Shown: in pieces, positions 9,847 to 20,366 of the stretch
How the letters are laid out: each line of letters opens with the position of its first letter
Position numbering within the stretch: position 1 is the first letter of the stretch
NCBI GenBank assembly: GCA_964627245.1
Contig: CAZVGS010000004.1
Span: 22,806 to 86,805, forward strand
DNA length: 64,000 nt
Reading direction: 5' to 3'
Source of the DNA: an uncultured Gammaproteobacteria bacterium
GTDB lineage: Bacteria > Patescibacteriota > Microgenomatia > Levybacterales > GWA1-39-11
The notes under the pieces: generated by a model
The model's input: only the letters and a program-made list of their open reading frames with translations
Databases searched by the model: none
Told to the model about the DNA's origin: nothing
Position numbers and translations under genes: made by a program

Positions 9847-10917
9847 CTAGCGTATACCAACCTGACCTATTAGACCGTAAATAGGTGCAATGATTGAGAG
9901 CATCATCCCTCCTACAAGTACGCCAACAAAAATAAGCATAATTGGTTCAAGAAGAGTAGTTAATGTCTTTAAGGTTTTGTCAACTTGATAGTCTAAATAT
10001 TCAGCTACATCTTTCATTGACTTATCAAGAGAACCGCTTTTTTCTCCTGCTTCCGTAATTTTTATCATAATACTCGGGAATACATCCTTGGCCTGCTTAA
10101 GTCCTTCGGATAGTTCGCTTCCTGCAAGAACAACCTCTTTGCAATGGAGAATAGATTTGGCAACGTCTTTTTTTAGGACTACATCCTGGGCAAGTTCAAG
10201 AGCTGCGGCAATCGGTATTCCGGCATTGAGCAGTAAATACAGGCTTCTGGCAAATCTTGTTATATCAATTTGCGTTGCCAATGTTGAAACAAGTGGAAGC
10301 ATAAATAAGAAATGCAAAAATTCCCTTTTTTTCTCCCTATACAAAACAAAAATTAAAACTGCAGTTATGACTGTCCCTAGAGCAACAAAAAGTGTGTAGT
10401 TTGTTACTAGTTGTGACAAACCGATCAGCATCTTGGTCGGTAAAGGCAGGTCTGCGTTAAGGCGTAAAAATACGTTTGATATTTTTGGCACAACAACTAT
10501 TAGTATCATAAGAAGTACTCCGGCAAAAACAAACATGATAAGTACAGGATATGTTAGCGCGCCTTTTATTTTATCTGTGAATTCGGAATCTTTTTTTATT
10601 GAAGATTTAAGATCTTCCAGGGTTACATCTAGAGTTCCCGCTTCTTCAGAAGCTTTTATGAGATTGACAGTTATATTGTCAAAGATTCTGGGAAATTTGG
10701 CGAAAGCATCCGCGACGTGATTTCCTTGAGAGAGATCTGCTTTTAACGATTCCAAAAATCGCCTCTGGTTGCCTTTGGCGTCTTCCAAAAGTGAATCAAC
10801 TACTTCAAGAATCGGAATTCCTGCAGCAAGCATAGTTGCAAGGTTGCTGACAAGACCAAGTTTGTCTGCAGTAGATATCCTTAATTTTTTTGGATCCGAG
10901 CTATTGAATAACTGCAT
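9847..10917 (-). CDS. pilC: Type IV pilus platform protein (PilC/GspF)
   Basis: LATMLAAGIPI, EEAGTL, ALTYP, GEKSGSL and LLEP motifs. Confidence 0.93.
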   Translation of the reverse strand: MQLFNSSDPKKLRISTADKLGLVSNLATMLAAGIPILEVVDSLLEDAKGNQRRFLESLKADLSQGNHVADAFAKFPRIFDNITVNLIKASEEAGTLDVTLEDLKSSIKKDSEFTDKIKGALTYPVLIMFVFAGVLLMILIVVVPKISNVFLRLNADLPLPTKMLIGLSQLVTNYTLFVALGTVITAVLIFVLYREKKREFLHFLFMLPLVSTLATQIDITRFARSLYLLLNAGIPIAAALELAQDVVLKKDVAKSILHCKEVVLAGSELSEGLKQAKDVFPSIMIKITEAGEKSGSLDKSMKDVAEYLDYQVDKTLKTLTTLLEPIMLIFVGVLVGGMMLSIIAPIYGLIGQVGIR

Positions 10918-10922
10918 AGATA

Positions 10923-12611
10923 TTAAAGACTTTCAACTTTTGTCACGCGAAGGACTTCTTCAAGCGTGGTTACACCGCGCGCAACTTTATCCATACCATC
11001 GGCAAGCATTGTCGTCATTCCCTCCTCAACAGCTTTTTTTGCAATAACATCTGAGTCATTTTTAGCTGTAATAAGAGCTCTTACTTCTTTAGTTACTTCC
11101 AGAACTTCAAAAAGACCAAGCCTGCCGGAATATCCTGTCGAGTGGCAAATTTTGCACCCTTTACCTCTATAGAGCTTAATGCTTTCACTTTGACCGAAGT
11201 GATGCGTGATTACCGCAGGGGGTAAATTTTTTGCAAGGTCTGATCTTAGTATGGAATAAGACATTTTACACATGTCGCAAATTTTCCTGATAAGTCTTTG
11301 TGCGACAATAACATTGACGGTTGATGCGACAAGGAAAGGTTCAACTTTCATATCTATCAGACGGGGAAGAGCAGTTGCAGCATCATTTGTATGGAGCGTT
11401 GACAATACCAAATGTCCTGTCAAAGCTGCATTAACGGCGATGCCTGCGGTTTCGCTGTCTCTTATTTCTCCCACAAAAACAACATTCGGATCCTGCCGGA
11501 GTATGGAGCGCAGGCCATTTGCGAAAGTAAGGTCTGTTTTTTGGTTTACGTTGATTTGATTGACTCCTTTAATTCTATATTCCACTGGGTCTTCGATTGT
11601 TGTAATGTTTTTTTCCCTTGTATTTAGAATTTTAAGAATAGCGTAAATTGAAGTAGTTTTTCCGCTGCCTGTCGGGCCTGTTGAGAGAACCATGCCGTAG
11701 GATTTTGTGTATGCATTCGTTACTTTTTTAAGATCGCTTTCGCTCATCCCCAAGTCAATTAAGGAAAATTGTCTGAAGTGTGATGCAAGAAGTCTTAAAA
11801 CCGCTTTTTCTCCATCGGCAATCGGTAAGACAGAAACCCTGATATCCAAATTCTCTTCTTCAAGTTTTATGCGCATCTTTCCATCCTGAGGACTTAGATG
11901 TTCATCAGTCCTTAATTTAGACAAAATTTTTATTCTTGAGATGATTCTTTCGTGAAAGTTTTTTGGAAGGTACAAAACATCATGCAGTATCCCGTCGATC
12001 CTAAATCTTACAAGCGAGTCTTTTTCTTCAGGTTCTATATGAATGTCCGAGACCTTATCTTGATAACCGAATTCAACTAGAAGGTTCACAATTTTTTCAA
12101 TCGGGGCTGCATCAGTAACCTTTGATATATCAGAAATTCCCAGCTCTCTTTGAAGCAATTGTTCGAATGATCTTTGAAGATCGCGTTTGTATATCCTTAA
12201 AATATTTTCGATATCGCGTTCGGTAGTAAGATAGGGAATAACTTTTAGACTTGATTTTTTGCTTATGCCCGTTAGTACCTCTATTTTTCTGGGATCAACT
12301 ATTGCAACCTTGAGTCCCTGTTGGGTTCTTTCAAAAGGTATAACCTTGTGTTTTCTTGCAATTTTTTCGGGAACAATTCTAAAAACGTCTTCCGGTATGG
12401 AAATCTTGGAAAGTACAACGAATGGAATATGGAGGAAATCAGCAATAAGTATTCCCAGATTCTCGTCCGAAATCACATCTTTCTCGATCAACGCGTCGGC
12501 GAGTGTTACATTGGAGTTTTTTGCAAATTCTGCCAGTTCTTGAAGATCACGCTCAGTGGCAAGACCTGTTTTTAGAATTAATGCTCTGATCTGATCATCA
12601 GCTAGAACCAT
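10923..12611 (-). CDS. pilB: Type IV pilus assembly ATPase (PilB/GspE)
   Basis: GPTGSGKTT, TIEDPVE, LRQDPN, GEIRD, TLHTN and tetra-Cys motifs. Confidence 0.95.
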   Translation of the reverse strand: MVLADDQIRALILKTGLATERDLQELAEFAKNSNVTLADALIEKDVISDENLGILIADFLHIPFVVLSKISIPEDVFRIVPEKIARKHKVIPFERTQQGLKVAIVDPRKIEVLTGISKKSSLKVIPYLTTERDIENILRIYKRDLQRSFEQLLQRELGISDISKVTDAAPIEKIVNLLVEFGYQDKVSDIHIEPEEKDSLVRFRIDGILHDVLYLPKNFHERIISRIKILSKLRTDEHLSPQDGKMRIKLEEENLDIRVSVLPIADGEKAVLRLLASHFRQFSLIDLGMSESDLKKVTNAYTKSYGMVLSTGPTGSGKTTSIYAILKILNTREKNITTIEDPVEYRIKGVNQINVNQKTDLTFANGLRSILRQDPNVVFVGEIRDSETAGIAVNAALTGHLVLSTLHTNDAATALPRLIDMKVEPFLVASTVNVIVAQRLIRKICDMCKMSYSILRSDLAKNLPPAVITHHFGQSESIKLYRGKGCKICHSTGYSGRLGLFEVLEVTKEVRALITAKNDSDVIAKKAVEEGMTTMLADGMDKVARGVTTLEEVLRVTKVESL

Positions 12612-12789
12612 AGGCAGTAATTGTTAGTACTTAAAGCCGGTTTTTCATACAAAAACCACAGCTTTGAAAAGCACAACTATGAGGTAATCATACTATATTC
12701 GAAGAGTATGGTACAAGAACATCCATCCTTGATTTATGCGGATTTCCTGCCTAAACTGGGTTAAGGGGTATTGTGCCCAAATACTTTCG

Positions 12790-13143
12790 ATGACTGCCTT
12801 TTTATATTACCCATTATTTCTAGTTGAATTCTGGTATAAAGACGTATTATTTGGTCTTATAAATTTTTTTGTCCGCTTTAACCGCTATGTAATTTCTCTA
12901 TTATCATTAGGTCTTTTAACAAGAACTTTTTTCAAGCCCTTAAAAAATGAATACAGAGAGGGCTTGGTTGTGTTCTCGATTTTTTTCGGAATGGCAATAA
13001 AGACGGTACTTATAAGTGTTTTATTAAGTATCGTTCTCATCTTTATTCTGATTGAGTGTTTGATAGTTGTATTGATAGCCTTTATCCCGGTAGCGCTTTT
13101 GTTTGTTGTATTGGGAAGCGATTCTCATGTTTGGTATGAATAA
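12790..13143 (+). CDS. Hypothetical membrane protein overlapping the Clp-like ATPase gene
   Basis: Hydrophobic ORF with TFFKP motif; start probably ATG 12790. Confidence 0.65.
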   Translation: MTAFLYYPLFLVEFWYKDVLFGLINFFVRFNRYVISLLSLGLLTRTFFKPLKNEYREGLVVFSIFFGMAIKTVLISVLLSIVLIFILIECLIVVLIAFIPVALLFVVLGSDSHVWYE

Positions 13144-15493
13144 ATATTATTTTCTATATTACTTTTTTGACAATCCGGTTATACGCTGGGTCAGGGTAGT
13201 AATTTTTCTTGGAGTTGGTTTGTTTGTTTACTTAAATCTTGAAAATCCCTTGCTTATTCTAAAATTATTGCCTGTGTATTTTGTTCTTATTCTTCAAGAA
13301 TTATTTATTCATTTCAAATTGGAGAATGCAAAGCCTCTTATGACAATCCATGATGATATAAATCATTCAATAGATACAGTCGAGTATAGAATGCGCTCTA
13401 TCCTTGAAAGAATAGACGACACTAAAAAGGTTATTCATGAAATTTCAGGTGACAGTGAAATTAAGTATTTATTAAGACTCTTAAATATAAATCCTGAAGT
13501 AACAGAAAACATTAATGAGGAAAATCTGCTTAGAAAAGCGTACACGTTAGTTATGAAAGTGGGAGGTAAGAATATCCACCCCATTGATATATTTGTTGCT
13601 TATTTAATTCTTCAGGATCAGATAACCAAGAATCTTTACAACAATGAAATAACCGAATTCGATGTGGTCACATTGCTTTCTTGGGTAAGAAGAAAATACA
13701 GAGTCGATATGCAAAAGCACGACGGGCTGCATTTCACAGGCAGCGGTGTTTTTGATTTTTTTGTATACGGCTGGAGCGCAGAGCTCTCGCGCTATGCTTC
13801 AAATTTCACAAGAGAAGTACTTTCTGGCAGACACCCAGAGCCTATCGGAAGAAATAGGGAATATGACCTTTTAGTAACTGCCTTATCCAAAAGTTCATCC
13901 AGTAACGCCTTGATTGTTGGTGAACCTGGAGTTGGAAAAACAACGCTTATATCCCAATTGGTTTTGGATTCAAATTTAGGCAATTTGCCCAATAAATTAT
14001 CAAACAAGATAGTTTTTAAATTTTCCCCTGAAAGATTACTTTCAGGTGTTAACAATCAAGGGGAGTTAGAGGAAAGATTAGTTAGTCTGATCTCTGAGTT
14101 ATATCATGCGGGGAATATTGTCGTTTACATTCCTAATATTGAAAATATTTTTGGCGGAGGAGGGCTTAGTATGGATTTGTCAGGTGCTTTAAGTGAATAC
14201 CTAAAAAGCAGTAGGATAAAAATAATTGGCAGTACAACTGAGGCATTTTATAAAGAATATATTTATCCAAAACAGGAATTAAAGGATCTATTTGATATAG
14301 TTGCGGTTAGAGAGCCAAATGAGGATGGTGCAATATTTATGCTTCTTGAGAAAGCTAATGAGATTGAGATGGAAAGTGGTGTCAAAATAAGCTTTGATGC
14401 AATAAAAAGCACATATTCATTGTCTGACTCATATATTAACGATGGAACGGTTCTTCCCGGGCGGGCAGTAAAACTTCTTGAGGATGTTGTGTCTTATGCA
14501 TCAATTCATGGAGACAGAAAAATAACAAAGAAAAATGTACAAAGCCTTGTTGAGGAAAAAACAAAAATTCTTCTGTCAGAACCGACTCAGGAAGAAAGTG
14601 AAGAACTTCTTAATCTTGAAACCGAACTTCATAAAGATGTTGTTTCTCAAAATGAAGCAATCAGTGCAATTGCCGATGCTATGAGAAGAATCAGAAGCGG
14701 AATTAGTAATGAAAAAAAACCGATTGCATCTTTTCTTTTTTTGGGTCCAACGGGTGTGGGTAAGACCGAAGCGGCGAAATCACTTGCCAAATCGTACTTT
14801 GGTGATGAAAAAAAAATGGTAAGGCTTGACATGACAGAATTTCAAAGTCCCGATTCGGCAAAAAGGTTAATTGAAGAAGGGGAAATATTTGTCGGCAAAG
14901 TTTTGGAAAACCCATTCACCGAGATACTTTTAGATGAATTTGAGAAAGCTGATCCGGATGTGCACAACCTGTTTCTTCAAATCCTTGATGAAGGGAGTAT
15001 GACCGATAGTTTGGGAAGGAGTATTTCATTTAAGAATTCAGTAATAATTGCTACTTCAAACGCCGGCAGTGAATTTATTAGAGAAACATACAGAAATTCA
15101 GCAGACCAGTTGGCATTTAAGGACAAACTAGTTGAAAAGATACTTAAAGATGGGATTTTCAGGCCAGAGCTTATTAACAGATTTGATGATGTAATTGCCT
15201 TCAAGCCACTTGAGAAAGAAGATGTCACAAAGGTTTCAAAGCTTTTCTTGGATGAGTTAGGCAGTAGGCTTTCTGAAAAACAAATAAACCTCTCTTATGA
15301 CGAAGCGGTGTGCGTATATATAGCTGAAAATGCTTACAGCATAGAATTTGGAGCAAGAAATATAAGAAGGTTTATCCAGCAATCCATAGAAAATCAAATT
15401 TCAAAGCTTATCCTTTCAAATGAGCTGAATAGTCAAGATACCGTGAAAATTTCAGTAGAGAATAACAGTCTTGTTATTGGTAAGCAAATTTAA
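13127..15493 (+). CDS. Membrane-anchored ClpA/B-family double AAA+ ATPase (degenerate)
   Basis: Two N-terminal TMs; GEPGVGKT, GPTGVGKT, LLDEFEKA, FRPELINRFD and FGARNIRR motifs. Confidence 0.88.
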   Translation: MFGMNKYYFLYYFFDNPVIRWVRVVIFLGVGLFVYLNLENPLLILKLLPVYFVLILQELFIHFKLENAKPLMTIHDDINHSIDTVEYRMRSILERIDDTKKVIHEISGDSEIKYLLRLLNINPEVTENINEENLLRKAYTLVMKVGGKNIHPIDIFVAYLILQDQITKNLYNNEITEFDVVTLLSWVRRKYRVDMQKHDGLHFTGSGVFDFFVYGWSAELSRYASNFTREVLSGRHPEPIGRNREYDLLVTALSKSSSSNALIVGEPGVGKTTLISQLVLDSNLGNLPNKLSNKIVFKFSPERLLSGVNNQGELEERLVSLISELYHAGNIVVYIPNIENIFGGGGLSMDLSGALSEYLKSSRIKIIGSTTEAFYKEYIYPKQELKDLFDIVAVREPNEDGAIFMLLEKANEIEMESGVKISFDAIKSTYSLSDSYINDGTVLPGRAVKLLEDVVSYASIHGDRKITKKNVQSLVEEKTKILLSEPTQEESEELLNLETELHKDVVSQNEAISAIADAMRRIRSGISNEKKPIASFLFLGPTGVGKTEAAKSLAKSYFGDEKKMVRLDMTEFQSPDSAKRLIEEGEIFVGKVLENPFTEILLDEFEKADPDVHNLFLQILDEGSMTDSLGRSISFKNSVIIATSNAGSEFIRETYRNSADQLAFKDKLVEKILKDGIFRPELINRFDDVIAFKPLEKEDVTKVSKLFLDELGSRLSEKQINLSYDEAVCVYIAENAYSIEFGARNIRRFIQQSIENQISKLILSNELNSQDTVKISVENNSLVIGKQI

Positions 15494-15547
15494 GTATACT
15501 TAAATTTGCCTGTCTCGTAGAATGCATTTGTTACGGTCAGGTTACCT

Positions 15548-16543
15548 ATGAAATACGCATTTTTCGAACTAGAGACTTGGGAGAAAGAGTACTTTCAAAA
15601 AGAAATAAAAGATCATGAAATACTTTTCTTTGACGAGCCGTTATCCGAAAATACTCCTGGTATAGATACTTTTGAGGCAGTAGTTATTTTTATCCATTCC
15701 CAGATGAATAAAGAGTTTTTGGATAAAATGCCAAATCTCAAGCTCATCTCAACGATGTCTACCGGATTTGATCATATAGACATGGAAGAGTGTAGGAGAA
15801 GAGGAATTACAGTCTGCAATGTTCCCACGTACGGTGAAACGGTTGTTGCCGAGCACACTTTTGCATTACTCCTAAGCATCGCAAGAAAACTTCCCGAATC
15901 GATAGAAAGGGTTAAGAAAGGAAATTTTATGCCCGGAGGGCTTACAGGTTTTGAACTTCGAGGCAAAACAATAGGTGTTATTGGCGTAGGGAGTATCGGA
16001 ACGAATGTGATAAAAATTGCGAAGGGCTTTGGTATGAATGTTATTGTCTATAAAAGAACTCCCGATTATGCTTTAGAGAAGGACTTGGGGTGTAAATTTG
16101 TTGAATTGTCGGTTTTGTATCAGCAGTCGGATATTGTTTCGTTGCACATTCCGTATTCGAAAGAAACCCATCATTATTTAAATGATGAAGCTTTTTCACA
16201 AATGAAAGACGGAGTAGTAATTTTAAATACAGCAAGGGGCGGACTTATTGATACGGATGCTCTATTAAGATCTCTTGATAGCGGAAAAGTAAAAGCGGCA
16301 GGGTTGGACGTATTGGAAGAGGAACCTTTACTTGAAGAGGAGAAAGATCTGTTAACGAAAGACTTTGATAAAGACAAGCTTCTTACAGTTTTACAGGATC
16401 ACATGCTGGTCAATTACCCGAATGTGGTTATAACTCCGCACAATGCTTTTAACAGTCAGGAGGCTTTGAAAAAAATTATTGAAACAACTCACGAGAATAT
16501 TTCTTCTTTTGCAAGCGGGGTTCCTGCAAACGTTGTTTCCTAA
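15548..16543 (+). CDS. ldhA: D-lactate/D-2-hydroxyacid dehydrogenase
   Basis: GVIGVGSIG, NTARG, LDVLEEE and TPHNAF motifs. Confidence 0.88.
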   Translation: MKYAFFELETWEKEYFQKEIKDHEILFFDEPLSENTPGIDTFEAVVIFIHSQMNKEFLDKMPNLKLISTMSTGFDHIDMEECRRRGITVCNVPTYGETVVAEHTFALLLSIARKLPESIERVKKGNFMPGGLTGFELRGKTIGVIGVGSIGTNVIKIAKGFGMNVIVYKRTPDYALEKDLGCKFVELSVLYQQSDIVSLHIPYSKETHHYLNDEAFSQMKDGVVILNTARGGLIDTDALLRSLDSGKVKAAGLDVLEEEPLLEEEKDLLTKDFDKDKLLTVLQDHMLVNYPNVVITPHNAFNSQEALKKIIETTHENISSFASGVPANVVS

Positions 16544-16572
16544 GACATATCCCCTTATAATCCATACTAAAT

Positions 16573-17631
16573 ATGGATTTTGAAAAATATTTACAGCTTA
16601 CGCAAAATAAAATTAAGCTACACTTAAGAGAATTTATTGAAATTAAAAAGACAGAGAAAGCTCCAAAACTTTTTTCTGACCGGAAATACTTTGAGTCACT
16701 TGAAGAGTTTGTGTCACGCGGAAAACTTTTGCGCGGATCTCTTTTTATCCTAATGACCGAAGGATTTGGCGGCAAAGTTGATAAAAAAACACTTGATATT
16801 GCGTGTGCTATTGAGTTAACCCATTCCGCGCTTCTTATCCAGGACGATATTATTGATAAAGATAATTTAAGAAGGGGAGAAAAAACAATCCATGTAAAGT
16901 ACAAGGATATTGGTGAAGATGAAAAAGCATCTGATCCGTATCATTATGGAATGTCCTCTGCAGTAGTAATTTCAGATCTGGCATTTTTTCTTGCTTTTGA
17001 ATTGTTGGCAAATTGTGGCGGAGAAATTGTAATAAAAATTGTTAAATATTATTCAAAGGAAATCCAAAATGTCATTTTGGCCGAGGGAGTGGATTCCGCG
17101 TTTGGTCTAACAGACAAAAAAGCGAGCTTACAAGATATCGAGGATGTATATCTTTATAAGACTGCAAGATATACTTTTTCACTTCCATTTGAGTTGGCGG
17201 TCATTTTCACAAAAGGACCGGATGATGCCAGAAAGCTGATGGGCAAATTAGGGGAGTTGATGGGTATGGTTTTTCAAATAAAAGATGATGAGATGGGATT
17301 TCATGGAGATGAAAAAGAAATTGGCAAGCCGGTAGGGAGTGATATTCGCGAGGATAAAAAAACCATTATAAGACACTATTTATTTGAAAGTTCAACTATA
17401 AAAATAAAAGAAGAATTAGAAGGCATATTTGGTAATCAACAAATAGGACTTGAAGAAGTCTTGAGAGTTAGAGATATATATAAGGAATTATTAGTACAAG
17501 AATCAATTGATAAAGAGATAAAAAAATATATGGATCAGGCGTGGGAGATATACGAAGAAATCAAGCTGAAAAATGGATATAAAAAAATACTAAAAGAATT
17601 TTTAGAGTTTAATGTTAATAGATCTTCTTAA
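16573..17631 (+). CDS. Polyprenyl (geranylgeranyl-type) diphosphate synthase
   Basis: GKLLR, LIQDDIID..RRG, KTARY and FQIKDD motifs. Confidence 0.92.
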   Translation: MDFEKYLQLTQNKIKLHLREFIEIKKTEKAPKLFSDRKYFESLEEFVSRGKLLRGSLFILMTEGFGGKVDKKTLDIACAIELTHSALLIQDDIIDKDNLRRGEKTIHVKYKDIGEDEKASDPYHYGMSSAVVISDLAFFLAFELLANCGGEIVIKIVKYYSKEIQNVILAEGVDSAFGLTDKKASLQDIEDVYLYKTARYTFSLPFELAVIFTKGPDDARKLMGKLGELMGMVFQIKDDEMGFHGDEKEIGKPVGSDIREDKKTIIRHYLFESSTIKIKEELEGIFGNQQIGLEEVLRVRDIYKELLVQESIDKEIKKYMDQAWEIYEEIKLKNGYKKILKEFLEFNVNRSS

Positions 17632-17666
17632 TTTGAAATAAAAAATAGCTTCTATATAATATAGTT

Positions 17667-17999
17667 ATGGCAATTGTCATAAAATTATTCATCCTGGCAA
17701 TAGCAGTTTTTGTTGCATCTTATATTATTCCCGGTGTAACAATTGATTCAGTGACATCGCTTATTGTTATATCAATTGTCTTGGGCATTGTTAATGCTTT
17801 TATCAAGCCTATTCTTGTTTTTCTGACACTCCCATTGACTGTTTTAACTCTTGGTATTTTTCTTTTGCTGCTTAACGGTATATTAGTTTTACTGGTAAGC
17901 TCAATTGTTCCGGGATTTTATGTTGCGACTTTTTTCTCGGCAATACTATTTAGTATTGTTGTATCACTGGTTTCCTCGCTTCTATCCAAAGTTTCTTAG
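17667..17999 (+). CDS. YvlD-like / 4-TMS holin-family membrane protein
   Basis: NAFIKPIL..LTLPLTVLTLGIFLLLLNG motif. Confidence 0.85.
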   Translation: MAIVIKLFILAIAVFVASYIIPGVTIDSVTSLIVISIVLGIVNAFIKPILVFLTLPLTVLTLGIFLLLLNGILVLLVSSIVPGFYVATFFSAILFSIVVSLVSSLLSKVS

Positions 18000-18002
18000 T
18001 GT

Positions 18003-18440
18003 TTAGAGGTTTTTAATTTCCGCTTCAAGTGAGGCTTCAAGATCGGAAGAATCATCCAGCGGTTCTTCTTCCAATATTTCTTCATCAGTCGGCGCTAATG
18101 TAGGTGTTGGTGCGGTCTTGGTTGGTGTTGCGATTTGCGGTTGGGGAGTCTGTGACTCCTGACCTGTAGATGATTCCTGCACTATTTTATAAAAGAGGAA
18201 CCCAAGAATGACTATTAAAATTATCAAAATTACGGCAACTATCATAAGCCCGTTACCCTTCTTTTTTTCACCCGCAGGGGGCATTGTTGGTGCTGCAACC
18301 GGATTTTGCGGAGGAGGTGTTGGCATTATCGGAGATGGTGTCGCTGCTTGAGGTTGTGTTGGAGTTTGAACAGGTTGTGTTTGAGGAGCCTCTGGTACTG
18401 CTGAATTTGATTGTATTGGGTTTTGACTTTGGTTATCCAT
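18003..18440 (-). CDS. Hypothetical single-pass membrane protein, P/Q/T-rich
   Basis: Low-complexity flanks around one TM. Confidence 0.7.
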   Translation of the reverse strand: MDNQSQNPIQSNSAVPEAPQTQPVQTPTQPQAATPSPIMPTPPPQNPVAAPTMPPAGEKKKGNGLMIVAVILIILIVILGFLFYKIVQESSTGQESQTPQPQIATPTKTAPTPTLAPTDEEILEEEPLDDSSDLEASLEAEIKNL

Positions 18441-18449
18441 ATAATTTAA

Positions 18450-19136
18450 TTATTCATCTGTTGCACTGGGTGTGGGTGTTGTATCTCTTCCCTCAAGTAT
18501 TTTTGCGCTTGAGAATGCTTTAACGACCGCTCTGTGTGCTGATAGGATTTTGTTAAATACTTCTTTAATATCAGTTATGTATTGCTTTATTGTTTCTCTA
18601 GCATCTGTCTTGAGGTTTGTTTCGTCTGTTATATCTAATGTGTAGTCTTTTTCAGCTTGTTCTGAAACGGCTGTTTTGGCACTTTCTATTGCTGTATTCG
18701 CATCAGTTATTAAAGAATTAAGAGCAGTAACATCCTTGTCATCCGCTTGAAGAGCTGTGGCCATTTCAGAAACTTTAGCAAGAATTGCTGTAAGTCTTTC
18801 AAGTCTTTCGCTCATTTGACTTGTTCTTTTAGCGTTGCTTTCATTAATCCTGGTATCTAAATTTTCAAGAATATTCTGCTTTCTTGTGTCTTTTATTCCT
18901 TGCAGTTTTTCCTTAAATGCGCTTCTTTCATCTGTCTTTTTGTTTTTCATAACATCCTTAGCCTGCATTGCTTTGTCTGTAGCGTTTGTTTTTAGGACTG
19001 CCGGCCTTACGGAGGATTTGTCAGCTGTTGTGACTGCTGTTTCCGTTTCGGTTGATGTGTCATCTACTGCAAATGAATTTGCCGGAAGTAGAGCAATCAC
19101 AAAAAAAGATAGTAGGACTAAAAAAATCTTACTCAT
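18450..19136 (-). CDS. Secreted alpha-helical/coiled-coil hypothetical protein
   Basis: Signal peptide MSKIF...SFA; ATG 19136 follows TTGACA-N18-TATCAT. Confidence 0.7.
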   Translation of the reverse strand: MSKIFLVLLSFFVIALLPANSFAVDDTSTETETAVTTADKSSVRPAVLKTNATDKAMQAKDVMKNKKTDERSAFKEKLQGIKDTRKQNILENLDTRINESNAKRTSQMSERLERLTAILAKVSEMATALQADDKDVTALNSLITDANTAIESAKTAVSEQAEKDYTLDITDETNLKTDARETIKQYITDIKEVFNKILSAHRAVVKAFSSAKILEGRDTTPTPSATDE

Positions 19137-19187
19137 ATATTTATGATAGGTAAAAAAGAGAGTAGTTGTCAACCCCATGAGGTAAAT

Positions 19188-20324
19188 CTAAAGCTTGCCT
19201 GCTTTTATTTCACTTCTTAATTCCTCAACATACTTATTGAAATAGAAAAGATTATGAAATGTTAAAAGCTTTAGCGCAGTGATTTCTCCAGCTCTAAGAA
19301 GGTGGGTAATGTAATCTCTTTTGTAATTTGTACAGCTCAAGCATTCACACTTTTCATCAAGAGGCTTATTATCCTCAAGAAAAATAGATTTTCTCATGTC
19401 CAATCTTCCTTTTGAGGTAAATGCAATTCCGTGTCTTGCATAGTGGGTCGGTACTATGCAGTCAAAAGTATCAACGCCCGACTTCATGATTTCGGGGATG
19501 TCCTCCAAGTGTCCTATGCCCAGTAAGTGTCTGGGCTTATTCTCCGGTAAATGTGGAAGGGTGAATTCAAGCATATCACTCATTGTCCTTTTTTCATCCC
19601 CAAATTCTCCACCGATCCCAAACCCATCAAAGGGTAGAGAGCCAATAAACTTCGCACTTTCTGTCCTTAGTTCTTCAAATTTTCCTCCCTGGATAATGCC
19701 GTATAGTGCTTGGTTAGTTTTTTTAGAGTCCAAACAGACTTGTGCCCATCTATGGGTTTTTTCTAAGGATTTTTTAGTGTAATAATAGTCGGCAACAGGG
19801 CTTGTGCATTCATCAAAGGCAAATATTATATCCGCTCCGATTGCTTCCTGTATTTTTATTGATTCACGCGGACCTATAAATAACTTTTGTCCGTCTTTAG
19901 GACTTCTAAAAAAGACACCGTCTTCGGTTATTTTTACGTTTCTTGGCTTTTTATTGGAAGTAATTTTAAGATCCGATCTTTCTTTCAGGATTTTTCCAAC
20001 CCCGTGATCTCTTCCGAATCCGAGTGAGAAAACCTGAAACCCTCCGCTGTCTGTCATAAGAGGTCTGTCCCAATGCATGAATTTGTGAATTCCGCCCGCT
20101 TTTTTAAGAAATTTTTCGCCAGGCTTTAGGTGCAGATGGAAAGTATTTGAAATTAGAATTTGAGAGCCTGTAAGCTTGACTTCCTCGGATGTTAAAGTTT
20201 TGACAACCGCCTGCGTTGCAACGCCTACGAATGACGGCGTTTCAACCTCTCCGTGAGGAGTTTTTAAGATACCAATTCTGGCATTTGATTTTTTGGACTT
20301 GTAAGTAATATTAAAATCAATCAC
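19188..20324 (-). CDS. tgt: tRNA-guanine transglycosylase
   Basis: NTFHL, TDSGGFQ, FDEC, FDC and zinc site CxCxxC...H. Confidence 0.95.
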   Translation of the reverse strand: MIDFNITYKSKKSNARIGILKTPHGEVETPSFVGVATQAVVKTLTSEEVKLTGSQILISNTFHLHLKPGEKFLKKAGGIHKFMHWDRPLMTDSGGFQVFSLGFGRDHGVGKILKERSDLKITSNKKPRNVKITEDGVFFRSPKDGQKLFIGPRESIKIQEAIGADIIFAFDECTSPVADYYYTKKSLEKTHRWAQVCLDSKKTNQALYGIIQGGKFEELRTESAKFIGSLPFDGFGIGGEFGDEKRTMSDMLEFTLPHLPENKPRHLLGIGHLEDIPEIMKSGVDTFDCIVPTHYARHGIAFTSKGRLDMRKSIFLEDNKPLDEKCECLSCTNYKRDYITHLLRAGEITALKLLTFHNLFYFNKYVEELRSEIKAGKL

Positions 20325-20366
20325 GAAGCGTATTGTATCAAACTTGAGGTGAAAAAACTTTCCTGC

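Noticed and set aside
17667-17999. Prophage suggested by the holin-family gene
   Set aside because: YvlD-like proteins are common in chromosomes, and no integrase, capsid, terminase or lysin genes were seen.
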